A stretch of DNA of 64,000 nt from Oculatellaceae cyanobacterium bins.114 (GTDB taxonomy: Bacteria > Cyanobacteriota > Cyanobacteriia > Elainellales > Elainellaceae): assembly GCA_033764315.1 (NCBI GenBank), contig JANRJA010000203.1, positions 32,001 through 96,000 on the forward strand. Direction: 5' to 3'. Within the stretch, counting starts at the first letter, position 1, and every line of letters starts with the position of its first letter. This document shows positions 52,069 to 62,591 of the stretch, piece by piece. The position numbers and the translations under genes are program-made. The notes below the pieces were generated by a model. It did no database searches, was not told where the DNA came from, and was given only the letters and a program-made list of their open reading frames with translations.

Positions 52069-52869
52069 TTGTCAACAAAATTTGGTGTAATTGGTGGCGG
52101 GGTAATGGGGGAAGCTCTCTTATCCCGTCTCGTCGTGCAACAAATTTATGCACCTCGTGAGGTGCTGGTGAGTGACCCCCAACCCCAGCGTCGAGACTGG
52201 CTGACGCAGCAATATGGGGTGCAAGTGACGGATGATAATCAGGTTATTTTATCAACCGCAGACGTTGTGCTTTTGGCTATTAAGCCACAAGTGTTTGAGG
52301 CCGTTGTCTCTGGTTTAACCCGCTCTCGCACCGATCAATTGGTGGTCTCCATTTTGGCAGGGGTGCCGTTGAGCAAATTAGAGGCCGCGTTTCCAGGGCA
52401 ACCTGTGATTCGAGCAATGCCAAATACTCCCGCTACGGTGGGGGCTGGCATGACGGCGATCGCCCCAGGGCAACACGCTACATCAGACCACCTAAAAACG
52501 GCTGAGACCCTCTTTCAAGCGGTTGGTGAGGTGGTACAAGTTCCCGAATCTTTGATGGATGCGGTGACAGGGTTATCTGGCTCAGGACCGGGCTATGTCG
52601 CTATTTTGATTGAGGCACTGGCGGATGGAGGAGTAGCCGCAGGACTCCCTAGAGCGATCGCTCTACAACTTGCGATTCAAACGGTGCGGGGCACTGCCGA
52701 ACTAGTGCAGCAGTCCAATTTGCATCCGGCAGTTCTCAAAGATCAAGTCACCAGTCCAGGGGGCACCACGATCGCAGGTATCGCCCAACTGGAAGAACAT
52801 GGGTTTCGGGCAGCCCTAATTGCGGCTGTGCGAGCCGCTGCTCAACGCTCAGAAGAGCTTGGGAATTAA
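52069..52869 (+). CDS. proC: Pyrroline-5-carboxylate reductase
   Basis: IGGGVMG, RAMPNTP, GLSGSGPGY, VTSPGGTT. Confidence 0.96.
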   Translation: MSTKFGVIGGGVMGEALLSRLVVQQIYAPREVLVSDPQPQRRDWLTQQYGVQVTDDNQVILSTADVVLLAIKPQVFEAVVSGLTRSRTDQLVVSILAGVPLSKLEAAFPGQPVIRAMPNTPATVGAGMTAIAPGQHATSDHLKTAETLFQAVGEVVQVPESLMDAVTGLSGSGPGYVAILIEALADGGVAAGLPRAIALQLAIQTVRGTAELVQQSNLHPAVLKDQVTSPGGTTIAGIAQLEEHGFRAALIAAVRAAAQRSEELGN

Positions 52870-53080
52870 TTTAATGGGCTAACTATAATATCGGCTGGCT
52901 GTATTAAGAGTATAAGACAGCCATAACCACGGTCATAGTTCAGGTCATAGTTAAACTACAGCGGTCAGCTCTCATCCCGTTAGGCATTTAATGCAGATGA
53001 GGCATAGGGGTAGAACCTCTAGTAGGCAAATCTAGTAAGGGGCAAAACTTTACGCTCGATGCTTTATCTTATTGAGTAGC

Positions 53081-53226
53081 TATGTCGCAATACGAGTTTA
53101 AGCTAGGACGGGTTGCAGGAGCTTCATCATAAGCTCAGCCGAACATAAGCTCAGCCGAACGGTGGAAACCCTGTGCAGGGACTTCGCCTCCGCAACCTCT
53201 ATCCAACGCTGATGCGTAGGGCTATA
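53081..53226. mobile_element. Copy of the 8493-8588 element with a nested insertion
   Basis: gctaggacgggttgcagga[insert 53121-53160]ggtggaaaccctg...gggctata. Confidence 0.6.
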
Positions 53227-53292
53227 TCAGCAGTTTACTGATCGCCAGTACTTCATTTCACCTGAAACGAGCCAACGCAATTGGAGAAGGAG

Positions 53293-53589
53293 ATGGATGT
53301 ACCTCAGTTGTTGGTGCAAGTTGTAATCGCCATAATCTGTGCCGGAATCGCGAATGTTTTGATCCCACGTCGGGTTCCGGGTGGCTTGACTGGATTAATT
53401 GTTATTGGGTTAGCAGGGGTCTGGTTTGGGCAATGGTCCTATTGGCTAGTACGAAACCAATACAAACTAGACCATGCGGTTTTGCATTGGAATGTTGAAG
53501 GAGTCTTAATTGTGCCTGCGATCGTCGGCTCGGTCATTATTCTCTACCTCGTGACCTGGTTTCTCTCATGGGGCAAATATGGAGAGTAA
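53293..53589 (+). CDS. GlsB/YeaQ/YmgE-like small membrane protein
   Basis: Three hydrophobic helices, IPRRVPGG, IGLAG, PAIVGS. Confidence 0.75.
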   Translation: MDVPQLLVQVVIAIICAGIANVLIPRRVPGGLTGLIVIGLAGVWFGQWSYWLVRNQYKLDHAVLHWNVEGVLIVPAIVGSVIILYLVTWFLSWGKYGE

Positions 53590-53687
53590 TTGGGAGTAGG
53601 GAATAGAAGTCAAGCCGTGAACCACACCGCTTGACCCGTGGCAAATGACTCATCACTAGTAAGTAACATCAGTTCGGTTTAAGAGCC

Positions 53688-53815
53688 TAGCGAATAAATT
53701 CGCAGCTATCAGAGCGAAGTTCGCCTTCGCGAACTACAGACAATCAAGGGTTGAGTGAACCGACGCAGGTCGGTTTTACTCCTGTAGTTGCGGTTTCAAC
53801 CGCCAAAATTCTTAT
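53688..53815 (-). repeat. GGCGGTTGAAACCGC-type multi-hairpin dispersed element
   Basis: Hairpins gcgaataaattcgc, agttcgccttcgcgaact, aaccgacgcaggtcggtt, gcggtttcaaccgc. Confidence 0.75.
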
Positions 53816-53838
53816 CCCGAATTCACGTTAAGTACCGA

Positions 53839-54687
53839 TTACAGCGATCGCACCCCGTGAGCCAAGCCCTGACAAATGCCCGTCATAAAATCGAGATCTA
53901 GTGTCTCCAGGCGATCGCTGATTTTGTGATAGTGAGGGTTTCGCATAAACGCCGTGTCTGTCACCATTAGTGCTCGATACCCCTGATCCCAAAAGGGGGC
54001 ATGATCGCTCTGACGGGTGGCAGGAACTAGAGTCCCTCGCTGACCAGCAGGCAGCCACTGACAAGGCACCTTGCCAACTCGACGGATACTGCGGCTGAGT
54101 CGCATTAAATCGGGGATCGTTTGCCAATTGCCAACCAATGCAATGAAATCGCCTCGATTAGGATAGAAGTATTGCAGCCCCGTTGGATAACGTTGTGAAC
54201 CGGGAGTGCGATCGCGATAGCCCAGCATTTCGAGTGAGAGCATGAGCCTCAGGGATTGCCCTTGCTGACCTAGCTGCATCGCATAAGCCTGACTGCCGAG
54301 CAATCCGCTTTCTTCTAAATCAAATGCAACCAACTGCACGGGATATCGGGCAGGTTCAATTGTCAACAGGCGCGCCAGTTCTAACAGGGCTGCCACTCCA
54401 CTGGCATTGTCATCCGCTCCGAGTGAGCCAGGAACAGCATCATAATGTGCCCCAATCAAGATCAGTGATTGAGGGGATGACTGGGTAGCTCGCCCTGGCA
54501 AATTTAAAACCCAGTTGCGATGCACTCGTCCCACCCTAGTGAATTCGTAGGAGGTCACCTCGCCCCATTGCCCAAACTGTTGCTGAATATAGCTCTGCAC
54601 ATAAAAGTGTCCTTCAGTTGCCAGATAAGGGTCGCGATCGCGCACGAGATGGGTCAAGTGGGTGAGTAAATTGTCTCGCAGACTCAT
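53839..54687 (-). CDS. M28 family metallopeptidase
   Basis: IGAHYD, GADDNASG, FDLEE, SDHAPF, YH...D. Confidence 0.92.
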   Translation of the reverse strand: MSLRDNLLTHLTHLVRDRDPYLATEGHFYVQSYIQQQFGQWGEVTSYEFTRVGRVHRNWVLNLPGRATQSSPQSLILIGAHYDAVPGSLGADDNASGVAALLELARLLTIEPARYPVQLVAFDLEESGLLGSQAYAMQLGQQGQSLRLMLSLEMLGYRDRTPGSQRYPTGLQYFYPNRGDFIALVGNWQTIPDLMRLSRSIRRVGKVPCQWLPAGQRGTLVPATRQSDHAPFWDQGYRALMVTDTAFMRNPHYHKISDRLETLDLDFMTGICQGLAHGVRSL

Positions 54688-54818
54688 ACAGGGTTATTGT
54701 GGTCGTAGCATTTTGGATTTTAGATTGGGGATTGTAAAACCAGCAGAAAACAATGTCCAGTGATGTTATTAGGACAGGCTCCAGTCCAAAATCATAAATT
54801 GTAAATCTAAAATCTCGT

Positions 54819-55412
54819 ATGGCTGACTCCTCTACATTGACTACATTGGCACATTGGCTGGTTGGAGAATTTGACAACCAACTCCAGGCCCGAGAAAATC
54901 CGGCTTGGTTTGTCCATCTCAGGATGTGGCAACGTCCCTTAGCGCAACGAATTCAAGGAAACTTAGCCATCTTTGCCGAACAAGCCAATGCTCTCTATCT
55001 CGATCAGCCTTATCGACAGCGGGTGCTCATGCTTCAAGAACCAGAGCCAGGAGTGATTCAGGCACAGTATTGGGCACTCAAACAACCGGACTCATTTCGA
55101 GGAGCCGGAGCCAATGTAACCGTGTTGAGTCAGTTAAGCCACTCAGATTTAGAAAGCCTGCCCGGATGTGTGCTCACGATTACCCACCAGAGCGATCGCT
55201 TTGAGGCACAACCGCCCCCTGATGCCCGCTGTTATTTTCAATATGACGGTCAAACGCGACAGGTTGTCTTGGGCTTTCAAGTGAGTGCTGAGCAGTTTTG
55301 GAGCTATGACCGAGGGGTTGATCCTGAGACAGGGCAGGGATTATGGGGAGCGTTAATGGGACCCTATGAGTTTCGTAAACGCCACAGTTTTGCGGCAGAG
55401 TTGCCAATCTAA
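54819..55412 (+). CDS. cpcT: Phycobiliprotein lyase, CpcT/CpeT family
   Basis: GEFDNQLQA, EQA......PYRQR, SYDRG.D......WG...GPYEF; exact paralog not determined. Confidence 0.85.
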   Translation: MADSSTLTTLAHWLVGEFDNQLQARENPAWFVHLRMWQRPLAQRIQGNLAIFAEQANALYLDQPYRQRVLMLQEPEPGVIQAQYWALKQPDSFRGAGANVTVLSQLSHSDLESLPGCVLTITHQSDRFEAQPPPDARCYFQYDGQTRQVVLGFQVSAEQFWSYDRGVDPETGQGLWGALMGPYEFRKRHSFAAELPI

Positions 55413-55428
55413 TTGAGAGCAGGTTCCT

Positions 55429-56571
55429 CTAATGGGGCTGCTGGCTCGGTAGTTCTACAACAAAAGTGCTGCCGTTGCCAACCTCCGATTGAATGTCAAT
55501 TTTGCCCTGGTGAGCTTTAATGATTTGACTGGAGAGGTGCAACCCTAAGCCACTGCCCGATCGCTTGTGATTGCCATGACGAAACGGCTCAAACAGAAAT
55601 GCTCGATACTCAGGCGCAACCCCAGGCCCTGTATCTTGAACTTCAATTTTGACCCAATTCGAGTTGCTGCCTGACGATTTGGGCACTGTGCTCAGGCGGA
55701 CTTCAACAAAGCCATTGTCAGTAAATTTAATAGCGTTGCCCACCAGATTCATCAACACTCGTCGCAACTCCAGGCGATCGCCCATCAACTCAATCGGGGA
55801 GATATGCTCAAGATTAGTGCGTAACTCTAACCCTTTGTCGATCGCCAGAGGCGTCAAAGATTGCAAGACTTCGAGCAACAGCTCTCGCATATCAATAGCC
55901 GTAAATGCCAAAGTCTTTTTGCCCGCTTCGTAGCAATAAACCTCCAAAAGAGCGTTGACCATCTCTAACAGGTTTTGATTACTGCGACTCATGATCGCCA
56001 TTGCTTCGTTTAACTCAGGCGACAGATCACCCAACGCACCCTGTTGAATCAAAGACAGCATCCGATCGGCAGCAACCAGCGGAGTTCGCAAGTCATGGGT
56101 GAGACGAGAGACAAAATCTTCTCGCTGACGGGCAATTTGATCCCGTTCATCGACACTGTGTTTCAGCTTGAGCAGCGATCGCACCCGGGCCAACAACTCT
56201 TCAAATTCGATGGGCTTGCGAATGAAATCCTCAGCCCCAGTGTCTAAACCCTGGGCAGCTCTTGGTTTATCGTGAGCTGTGATTAACAGAATTGGAATAA
56301 ACGGCAAGCTTTTGTTTTCACGAATCCGACGAGTCACCTCAAACCCATCCATTCCAGGCATCATGACATCTAGAAGAACCAGATCAGGAGAGGTTTTTTC
56401 GACCAACGCCAATGCATCTTTGCCGTTGTCTACAATATCAATCTGATAACCCTCTTCCTTTAAAATCGCCTGAATCAAATATGAATTATCGGGAGCATCA
56501 TCCACGACTAGAATGCGATCAGGTCTTTTTGAACTATTTAATGGAAAAGACTGATTTGTAAAACTAAGCAT
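55429..56571 (-). CDS. Hybrid receiver-histidine kinase
   Basis: ILVVDD, DLVLLDVMMP; LTHDLRTPL; NLVGNAIKFT; GSGLGL. Confidence 0.93.
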   Translation of the reverse strand: MLSFTNQSFPLNSSKRPDRILVVDDAPDNSYLIQAILKEEGYQIDIVDNGKDALALVEKTSPDLVLLDVMMPGMDGFEVTRRIRENKSLPFIPILLITAHDKPRAAQGLDTGAEDFIRKPIEFEELLARVRSLLKLKHSVDERDQIARQREDFVSRLTHDLRTPLVAADRMLSLIQQGALGDLSPELNEAMAIMSRSNQNLLEMVNALLEVYCYEAGKKTLAFTAIDMRELLLEVLQSLTPLAIDKGLELRTNLEHISPIELMGDRLELRRVLMNLVGNAIKFTDNGFVEVRLSTVPKSSGSNSNWVKIEVQDTGPGVAPEYRAFLFEPFRHGNHKRSGSGLGLHLSSQIIKAHQGKIDIQSEVGNGSTFVVELPSQQPH

Positions 56572-56699
56572 TTGTATAAAGAGGGAATCGAAATTAAGGT
56601 TCGTTTTGTAAAAGCAGGATTTGAAAGTGATTGTCTCATCCCAGAGATGTTTTATACCTCAACCGAATGAGAGATTTTAATGCAGGGCGCAATGGAGTG

Positions 56700-57746
56700 A
56701 TGAACTGGATTAACAATGCCCCTCGATGGTTGGCATGGGGAATGGCACTACCCATTTTTGTCTTGAATGGCTGGCTTATTTTACTACTGCTAGAGTATTT
56801 TCGATCGCCTGTCACCATTTTTATCAGTGCCACTATTCTGTCTTTTATCCTCGATTATCCAGTGCGCTGGCTACAACGTCGAAATGCACCCCGGTTGCAA
56901 GCGATTTTTCTGGTTGTCTTTGTAGTCTTATCGATTCTGTTTATTTTGGCAGTCACAATTGTGCCGATTTTGATTGCCCAGTTAGATGATTTGATTACCC
57001 GGTTACCTGGTTGGCTAGAAACCGGCAGTCAACGATTAGAAGCGGTTCAAAGTTGGGCGATCGCCCGTCGTTTGCCCGTTGATCTGAGCCAAGTCATGCT
57101 ACGGTTTCAAGACGATTTGTCCAATCAAGTGCAGATTTTTAGCAGCCAAATTTTGTCTTTTGGGTTAGGGCTGGTGGGGAGTGTCTTTGAGCTGACCCTG
57201 ACGATGGTGGTGACATTTTACATGCTGCTCTATGGCGATCGCTTTTGGCAGGGTTGGTTTCAATGGCTGCCTCCCCATCTCAATCTCAAACTGCGACGTT
57301 CCCTTCGCCGTAATTTTCATAACTACTTTATTGGGCAAGCCACCCTGGCATCATTGATGGCAGTTTTCATCACAGTTGCTTTTTTGATTCTTAAAGTACC
57401 TTTTGGTTTGTTATTTGGGTTGGCGATCGGAGTCATGACTCTCTTACCCTTTGGAGCCGTGTTTAGCATCTGGCTCGTCAGTTTTTTGATTGGCTTAAAC
57501 AGTTTATGGTTAGGAGTAAAAGTGTTATTTGTGGCGTTGTTAATTGATCAAAGTATTGAAAGTGGCATTGCCCCACGTTTGTTGGGACGTTTCACTGGAC
57601 TCAACCCAGTATGGGTGTTGATTGCCTTAATCTTAGGCGTCAGAATTGGTGGATTGTTAGGCTTATTGATTGCCGTCCCCACCGCCAGTTTTATCAAAAG
57701 CATCATTGATATGTTCAGTACTCCAGCCACTGACTCTCCTATTTAA
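56700..57746 (+). CDS. AI-2E (PerM) family transporter
   Basis: Multi-TM; YFIGQ, PRLLG..TGLNPVW, GLLGLLIAVP. Confidence 0.9.
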   Translation: MNWINNAPRWLAWGMALPIFVLNGWLILLLLEYFRSPVTIFISATILSFILDYPVRWLQRRNAPRLQAIFLVVFVVLSILFILAVTIVPILIAQLDDLITRLPGWLETGSQRLEAVQSWAIARRLPVDLSQVMLRFQDDLSNQVQIFSSQILSFGLGLVGSVFELTLTMVVTFYMLLYGDRFWQGWFQWLPPHLNLKLRRSLRRNFHNYFIGQATLASLMAVFITVAFLILKVPFGLLFGLAIGVMTLLPFGAVFSIWLVSFLIGLNSLWLGVKVLFVALLIDQSIESGIAPRLLGRFTGLNPVWVLIALILGVRIGGLLGLLIAVPTASFIKSIIDMFSTPATDSPI

Positions 57747-57837
57747 GCAACCCTGATTTAAGCAACTCTGAAGCCTCTAAACGATCGCAGAGGCAAAACT
57801 TTTAGAAAGCAATCTCTTGCTCACTTCAACCCACATC

Positions 57838-57930
57838 TAAGTAGGTAGCCCTAATTAAACTGTGTTATAAAAACCGGGGGAACGCCCCTCCGGGGCGTTC
57901 CCCCGGTTTTTAATTACGACCATCTACTTA
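57838..57930. mobile_element. MITE-like element, 93 bp
   Basis: Imperfect 22-bp TIR TAAGTAGGTAGCCCTAATTAAA / TTTAATTACGACCATCTACTTA; 21-bp perfect hairpin 57868-57912. Confidence 0.8.
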
Positions 57931-57959
57931 CCTTGTCCCTTATTCTCAAGTCTTTTCCC

Positions 57960-59354
57960 ATGCTGCAATCCGTTTCTCATTCCACAAGCGATCGCCTGTC
58001 TAGCCTGCTTCACGACCAGCGACAGTTTTTTGCCACCGGAGCAACCAAAAACATTGAGTTTCGTATGGCTCAGCTCAAAGCCCTCCGGCAAGCGATTCAA
58101 ACCTATCAAGATGCGATTTTGGCAGCCCTCAAAGCCGATCTGCATAAATCTACATTTGAGGCGTATGTTGCAGAAGTCGGCGTCGTGAAAGACATTGATT
58201 ATGCACTCAAACATTTGCGAGCGTGGGTTAAGCCAACGTCAGTACCCGTAGGGTTGATGCAAGCTCCTGGTCGTGCCCGCATTCAAGCGGAACCCGTGGG
58301 AACAGTGTTGATCATTGGTCCCTGGAACTACCCCATTCAACTCATGTTGTCGCCCTTAATTGGGGCGATCGCCGCTGGCAACTGTGCTGTGTTAAAGCCC
58401 TCTGAATTGGCTCCTGAAAGCTCTAGAGTGATCGCTGAGTTGATCAGCAAAACGTTTGAGCCACAGTACATCACTGTTATTGAAGGGGGCGTTGAAGCCA
58501 GTCAAGCTCTATTAGCCGAGAAGTTTGATCACATCTTTTTCACCGGAGGAACAGCGATCGGCAAGATTGTCATGGCCGCTGCTGCCCAACACCTTACCCC
58601 AGTTACCCTCGAACTGGGTGGCAAAAGCCCTTGTATTGTAGATGCTGATATTGATGTTGACATGACGACTCGACGCATCGCTTGGGGCAAATTTATGAAT
58701 GCTGGGCAGTCTTGCATTGCCCCCGACTATCTGTTGGTACAACGTCGCATTAAACCGCTGCTATTACAGGCACTCGAAGCAGCGATTTATCAGTTTTATG
58801 GTGATGACCCCGCTCAAAGTGACGACTATGGCAGAGTGATTAGCGACAAACACACACAGCGGTTGTCATCTCTCTTGTCGAGTGGACGCATTTTATTAGG
58901 AGGACAAACCGATTTAGGCGATCGCTACATTGCCCCCACTGTGATGGATCAGGTCTCCCCCGATAGCCCGATCATGCAAGATGAGATTTTTGGTCCGATT
59001 TTGCCTGTCTTGGAATATGACGATTTAGACGAGGCGATCGCCTTTGTTAACAATCGCCCCAAACCTTTAGCACTCTACATCTTCTCCAAAAACAAAGCCA
59101 TTCAGCAACGAGTTCTAAATGCCACGTCCTCTGGCGGAGCCTGCGTCAATGACACCTTTTTGCAAGTTGGTGTACCGGGTTTGCCCTTTGGCGGAGTCGG
59201 CGACAGCGGCATCGGCAGCTATCATGGCAAAGCCAGCTTCGATACATTTTCTCACTTCAAAAGCGTTCTCTACAAACCCTTCTGGCTAGATTTCAAGATA
59301 CGCTATGCCCCTTATCAAGACAAGTTAGAGATGTTGAAAAAGTTTATTCGGTAA
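57960..59354 (+). CDS. Aldehyde dehydrogenase (ALDH3-like)
   Basis: PWNYP, FFTGG, LELGGKSP, NAGQSC, EIFGP, PFGGVG.SG. Confidence 0.95.
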   Translation: MLQSVSHSTSDRLSSLLHDQRQFFATGATKNIEFRMAQLKALRQAIQTYQDAILAALKADLHKSTFEAYVAEVGVVKDIDYALKHLRAWVKPTSVPVGLMQAPGRARIQAEPVGTVLIIGPWNYPIQLMLSPLIGAIAAGNCAVLKPSELAPESSRVIAELISKTFEPQYITVIEGGVEASQALLAEKFDHIFFTGGTAIGKIVMAAAAQHLTPVTLELGGKSPCIVDADIDVDMTTRRIAWGKFMNAGQSCIAPDYLLVQRRIKPLLLQALEAAIYQFYGDDPAQSDDYGRVISDKHTQRLSSLLSSGRILLGGQTDLGDRYIAPTVMDQVSPDSPIMQDEIFGPILPVLEYDDLDEAIAFVNNRPKPLALYIFSKNKAIQQRVLNATSSGGACVNDTFLQVGVPGLPFGGVGDSGIGSYHGKASFDTFSHFKSVLYKPFWLDFKIRYAPYQDKLEMLKKFIR

Positions 59355-59389
59355 ACAGTGGGAATGGGTGCATCTGATGGTCGAGGGAG

Positions 59390-59495
59390 TGGCGGTTGAA
59401 ACCGCACCTACCAGAACAAACTTGCCTCCGCAGGTTCAAAACCCTCAGTCCGCGTAGGCGGACTTTGTTCCCATAGCCGTGAATTCATTCGCCGG
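59390..59495 (+). repeat. GGCGGTTGAAACCGC-type multi-hairpin dispersed element
   Basis: ggcggttgaaaccgc..agtccgcgtaggcggact..gtgaattcattcgc. Confidence 0.75.
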
Positions 59496-59635
59496 GTTCA
59501 GTCTCTCAACGACTAGATGCGCCCAGTGGAAATGTAACTCGCCTGCGATCGCCAACTGGGGTCAGAGCGTAGCAAGTAGAGGATAGGAATTGGAATAACC
59601 CACAACCATCACGCACTCAGCACGCTCTCGCCCGA

Positions 59636-60226
59636 TCAGCTATACCGCTCCTCTGCCCACGGTTCACCCCGATGGTGATAGCCATTCCGTTCCCAAAAGC
59701 CCAACTCAGTGCGATCGAGAAACTCTAAGCCATTGATCCACTTGGCACTCTTCCAGGCATAGAGGTGAGGCACCACCAATCGCATCGGTCCACCATGCTC
59801 AGACGGCAGCGGTTCACCAAACAAGGTGTGGGCAAAAAAGTTTTCTTCGCGCAGAAAATCAGCCAACGCAATATTGGTTGTGTACCCACCGTAACAGTGC
59901 TCCATGATGTGAACAGCTTTGGGATCAACTTCCAGATGTTTCATAAAGTCCATCACCTTCACCCCTGTCCACTGCACATCCAGCTTTGACCAGGTTGTGA
60001 CACAGTGAAAATCAGCTGTGAAGTCACTCTGAGGCATCTCCATAAAATCAGACCAACTAAAGGTCTTCTCACTGGCCAATCCCCACACTTTAAACTGCCA
60101 GTTTTCAGTGCTAACGGTTGGAGTCTGTCCATAAGTCAACACGGGAAAGCCTTTGGCTAAATGTTGACCGGGTGGAACGCGATTTTGTTCGTCTGCTGTC
60201 GGCTTATGAAAAAATTTTCCCAGCAT
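59636..60226 (-). CDS. Sulfite oxidase-like molybdopterin-binding oxidoreductase
   Basis: DFHCVTTWS, HGGPMRLVVP..YAWKSAKW, GFWERNGY. Confidence 0.9.
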   Translation of the reverse strand: MLGKFFHKPTADEQNRVPPGQHLAKGFPVLTYGQTPTVSTENWQFKVWGLASEKTFSWSDFMEMPQSDFTADFHCVTTWSKLDVQWTGVKVMDFMKHLEVDPKAVHIMEHCYGGYTTNIALADFLREENFFAHTLFGEPLPSEHGGPMRLVVPHLYAWKSAKWINGLEFLDRTELGFWERNGYHHRGEPWAEERYS

Positions 60227-60417
60227 AACGTCAAGGGTTGAAGAATAAGGTTTGCCAGATGTCACAAGATTATCAGCTTGTCGTAGAGACATCTATCTAC
60301 TGTGTAGCAGAAATGCAAGAAACCTAAATTAAAAAACAGGGCATGATTTGCCCTGTCGGTGAAGTTGATTTTAGAAGAAGAATGAAAGCAGGATGGCGAA
60401 AAAAACATCCTACGGCG

Positions 60418-60591
60418 TTACTCTTCTTCCTCTTCATCCTCTTGAGGATAAACAAAGCTAGTGGAACGTCCTGTTAATACAGATTTGCCTAAAGACAATG
60501 CTCGCTGAGCTTGAAGGGCTGCTTTCCGCCGCCAAGTCGCCTTCCGTTTGTCTCGCTTTGAATTTGATGTTTTCTTCTTAGGAGTCGCCAT
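60418..60591 (-). CDS. rpmF: 50S ribosomal protein L32
   Basis: Manual translation [57 protein letters not shown] (57 aa, too short for the ORF track). Confidence 0.95.
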   Translation of the reverse strand: MATPKKKTSNSKRDKRKATWRRKAALQAQRALSLGKSVLTGRSTSFVYPQEDEEEEE

Positions 60592-60849
60592 GACTGCACA
60601 CGCCAGTTTTCTACAACCTTTCCATATTAATCGATCTTGAAGCGACTGATCCCATTTCTAGAAATTTGGCTGTGCATCAATATCCCTCCGCGAAACGCCC
60701 TTATCGCTGATCTGTGACTATTTGAGTTGGTGATCATGATGGGTTGAATGGGTCTGAGACTAGAAAATTTAAACTTTAGGGCGAGAGGAACGAACAGTGG
60801 AAAAAACAGAACGCAAAGGAATACAGGCTACAGTCCTGCTTTAAAACTA

Positions 60850-61091
60850 TCGCGTACACACCAGTCCTCTCAGCCCCTAAATCTCCTAACTTTAGGAGAC
60901 TTTGAGCCGTTGCCAAGGGTCTTGCCCTCGCCAGAAACACCCGGACTTGGCACCGATGCGAAGCGCATCTTTTGGGTGAATCGAAATACCGTCTGCTAGG
61001 AGGTTTGGAGGAGACTCCCCAATGCCTGTCTTTAAACGCTTGCAACAACCCTGCACCTCATTTAGAAGGAAACAGAGATCTGTGTACACGG
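60850..61091. mobile_element. Degenerate MITE-like element with GTACACA/TGTGTAC ends
   Basis: cgcgtacaca...tgtgtacacgg; internal hairpin tctcctaactttaggaga. Confidence 0.55.
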
Positions 61092-61243
61092 TGGGCTTTA
61101 AAGAGGGAATTTAGGGATCGAAACCTGCATTTATAAATTAACCCGATGTGCGACTATTTCAGATCCCCGGTTTCTAGAGATGTAACGGGGCACCTTTCAG
61201 CCCGTTCCAACGAGAAATCGGGGCTCTAAACCCCTAAACTGCT

Positions 61244-61939
61244 TTAACGCAAGATAGATCGAGGCAAGCCCAATTGCCCACTCGGTGCAGCAGGCAAATC
61301 AAGGCGAACGGGGTTGCTATCGGTTGCCTCAGGGGGAGATATGACAGGTTCGTTGGTGATTGATGTAGTCGGCGCAGGGGTAGTTTGGGTGGGCTGAGGT
61401 GCAGTGACAGCCGCAGGAGGAACAGCAGTAGCCGTCGGTGGCATGACAGTCGCAGGAATGGTGCCATCGAGCCGCAATAAGGCTCTTGCACTCAGGAAGT
61501 AAGTTGCCCAACGCCGTGCATCAGGGCGGCTATTCCACTGATCACGGTTAACTTCTAACGAAAGCAGTGGAGCGATCGCTCCCCCACTTTGCCCCATGAC
61601 CGTGATTGCCACTTCAGTCACTCCTCGATCACGACTAAAGCTGCGTTGAGCTACAGTTCTAGCGGCGGCTTCTGCTCTGCGAATGATCGTGTCATAGCTC
61701 TCTCCAGATTCGTGTTCTAGGGCGATCGCCACTCGATAAGGATAGGCTTGAGCCACTTGAGGTATGGCAGCGGCGATCGCCACCCAAGCCCCTAATATCG
61801 TTCCACACAGGGCAGTCAAGCTCAAAGATGTCAATTGACTGAAAAGATGGCGTTGACCTGTAATAACTTTCACACCCATAGCAACTGTCATAATCACTCT
61901 CCTCTTAGGTAGTGCTAGGTAAATAAGGCTTGCAATCAT
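61244..61939 (-). CDS. Hypothetical exported protein with Pro/Thr-rich tail
   Basis: Hydrophobic leader ending AQA; ESY....RRAE..AR, APLLSL.V.R..W...PD..RWATY; start uncertain. Confidence 0.75.
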   Translation of the reverse strand: MIASLIYLALPKRRVIMTVAMGVKVITGQRHLFSQLTSLSLTALCGTILGAWVAIAAAIPQVAQAYPYRVAIALEHESGESYDTIIRRAEAAARTVAQRSFSRDRGVTEVAITVMGQSGGAIAPLLSLEVNRDQWNSRPDARRWATYFLSARALLRLDGTIPATVMPPTATAVPPAAVTAPQPTQTTPAPTTSITNEPVISPPEATDSNPVRLDLPAAPSGQLGLPRSILR

Positions 61940-62591
61940 TTCAAAATTAGAGCGGCTCTGAAAATATTATTTTTATAATTTGGCAGGGGTGACAGGGTTG
62001 TTTTTTTAGCACTGTCATCAGACGGTTATCACGGTCTGGAATAGAATTTCAAAACTCAGCGATCGCAGCTTAAATCATGGCATCAGATGAAAGAATCGTA
62101 GAACAATTTGATCCGTTCATTCTTATGTTGCCCATCCCCGATTGTAGATAGATATATCAAATCCTAAAAACAGACTCAATCTAAATGGCAATATACTCCC
62201 TGGAATCAAGTTTGTAATCTTGAATGAGCGATCGCACAATGCCAAAACAGACGACATTGGGTTTACTCTAAAAGTCGCTCTATCGTATTTTCTATTGCAC
62301 TGTAATACATCCTCAGTGATTGAGGAACTAAGTGCAATTGAAATCAATCTAAACTATATTTCTGGCATGAAGATCTTTACTGAAATCAATCCCGACAACT
62401 GAGTGTTTGGGGTTTGTGCGAAAAGTTAGGTCACATTCAAGGAGAAATGAGAAAAAAATTAGCTTAGGAATATTGCTGATTAGAATTAATTAAGAGATAC
62501 TGTTTGGTTGAGCTATTCACTTCGTAAGTAGGTGATTGATGAGATCCTATGGGCACCCTACTGAAATAATCGTGATTTTGGGGCATCTGGA

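Noticed and set aside
46509..52869. der-cbiQ-pipX-pipY-sepF-proC cluster as a novel system
   Set aside because: Well-known conserved cyanobacterial gene order
60748..61089. Several short overlapping ORFs upstream of rpmF
   Set aside because: They fall largely within a degenerate repeat element and lack protein-like features
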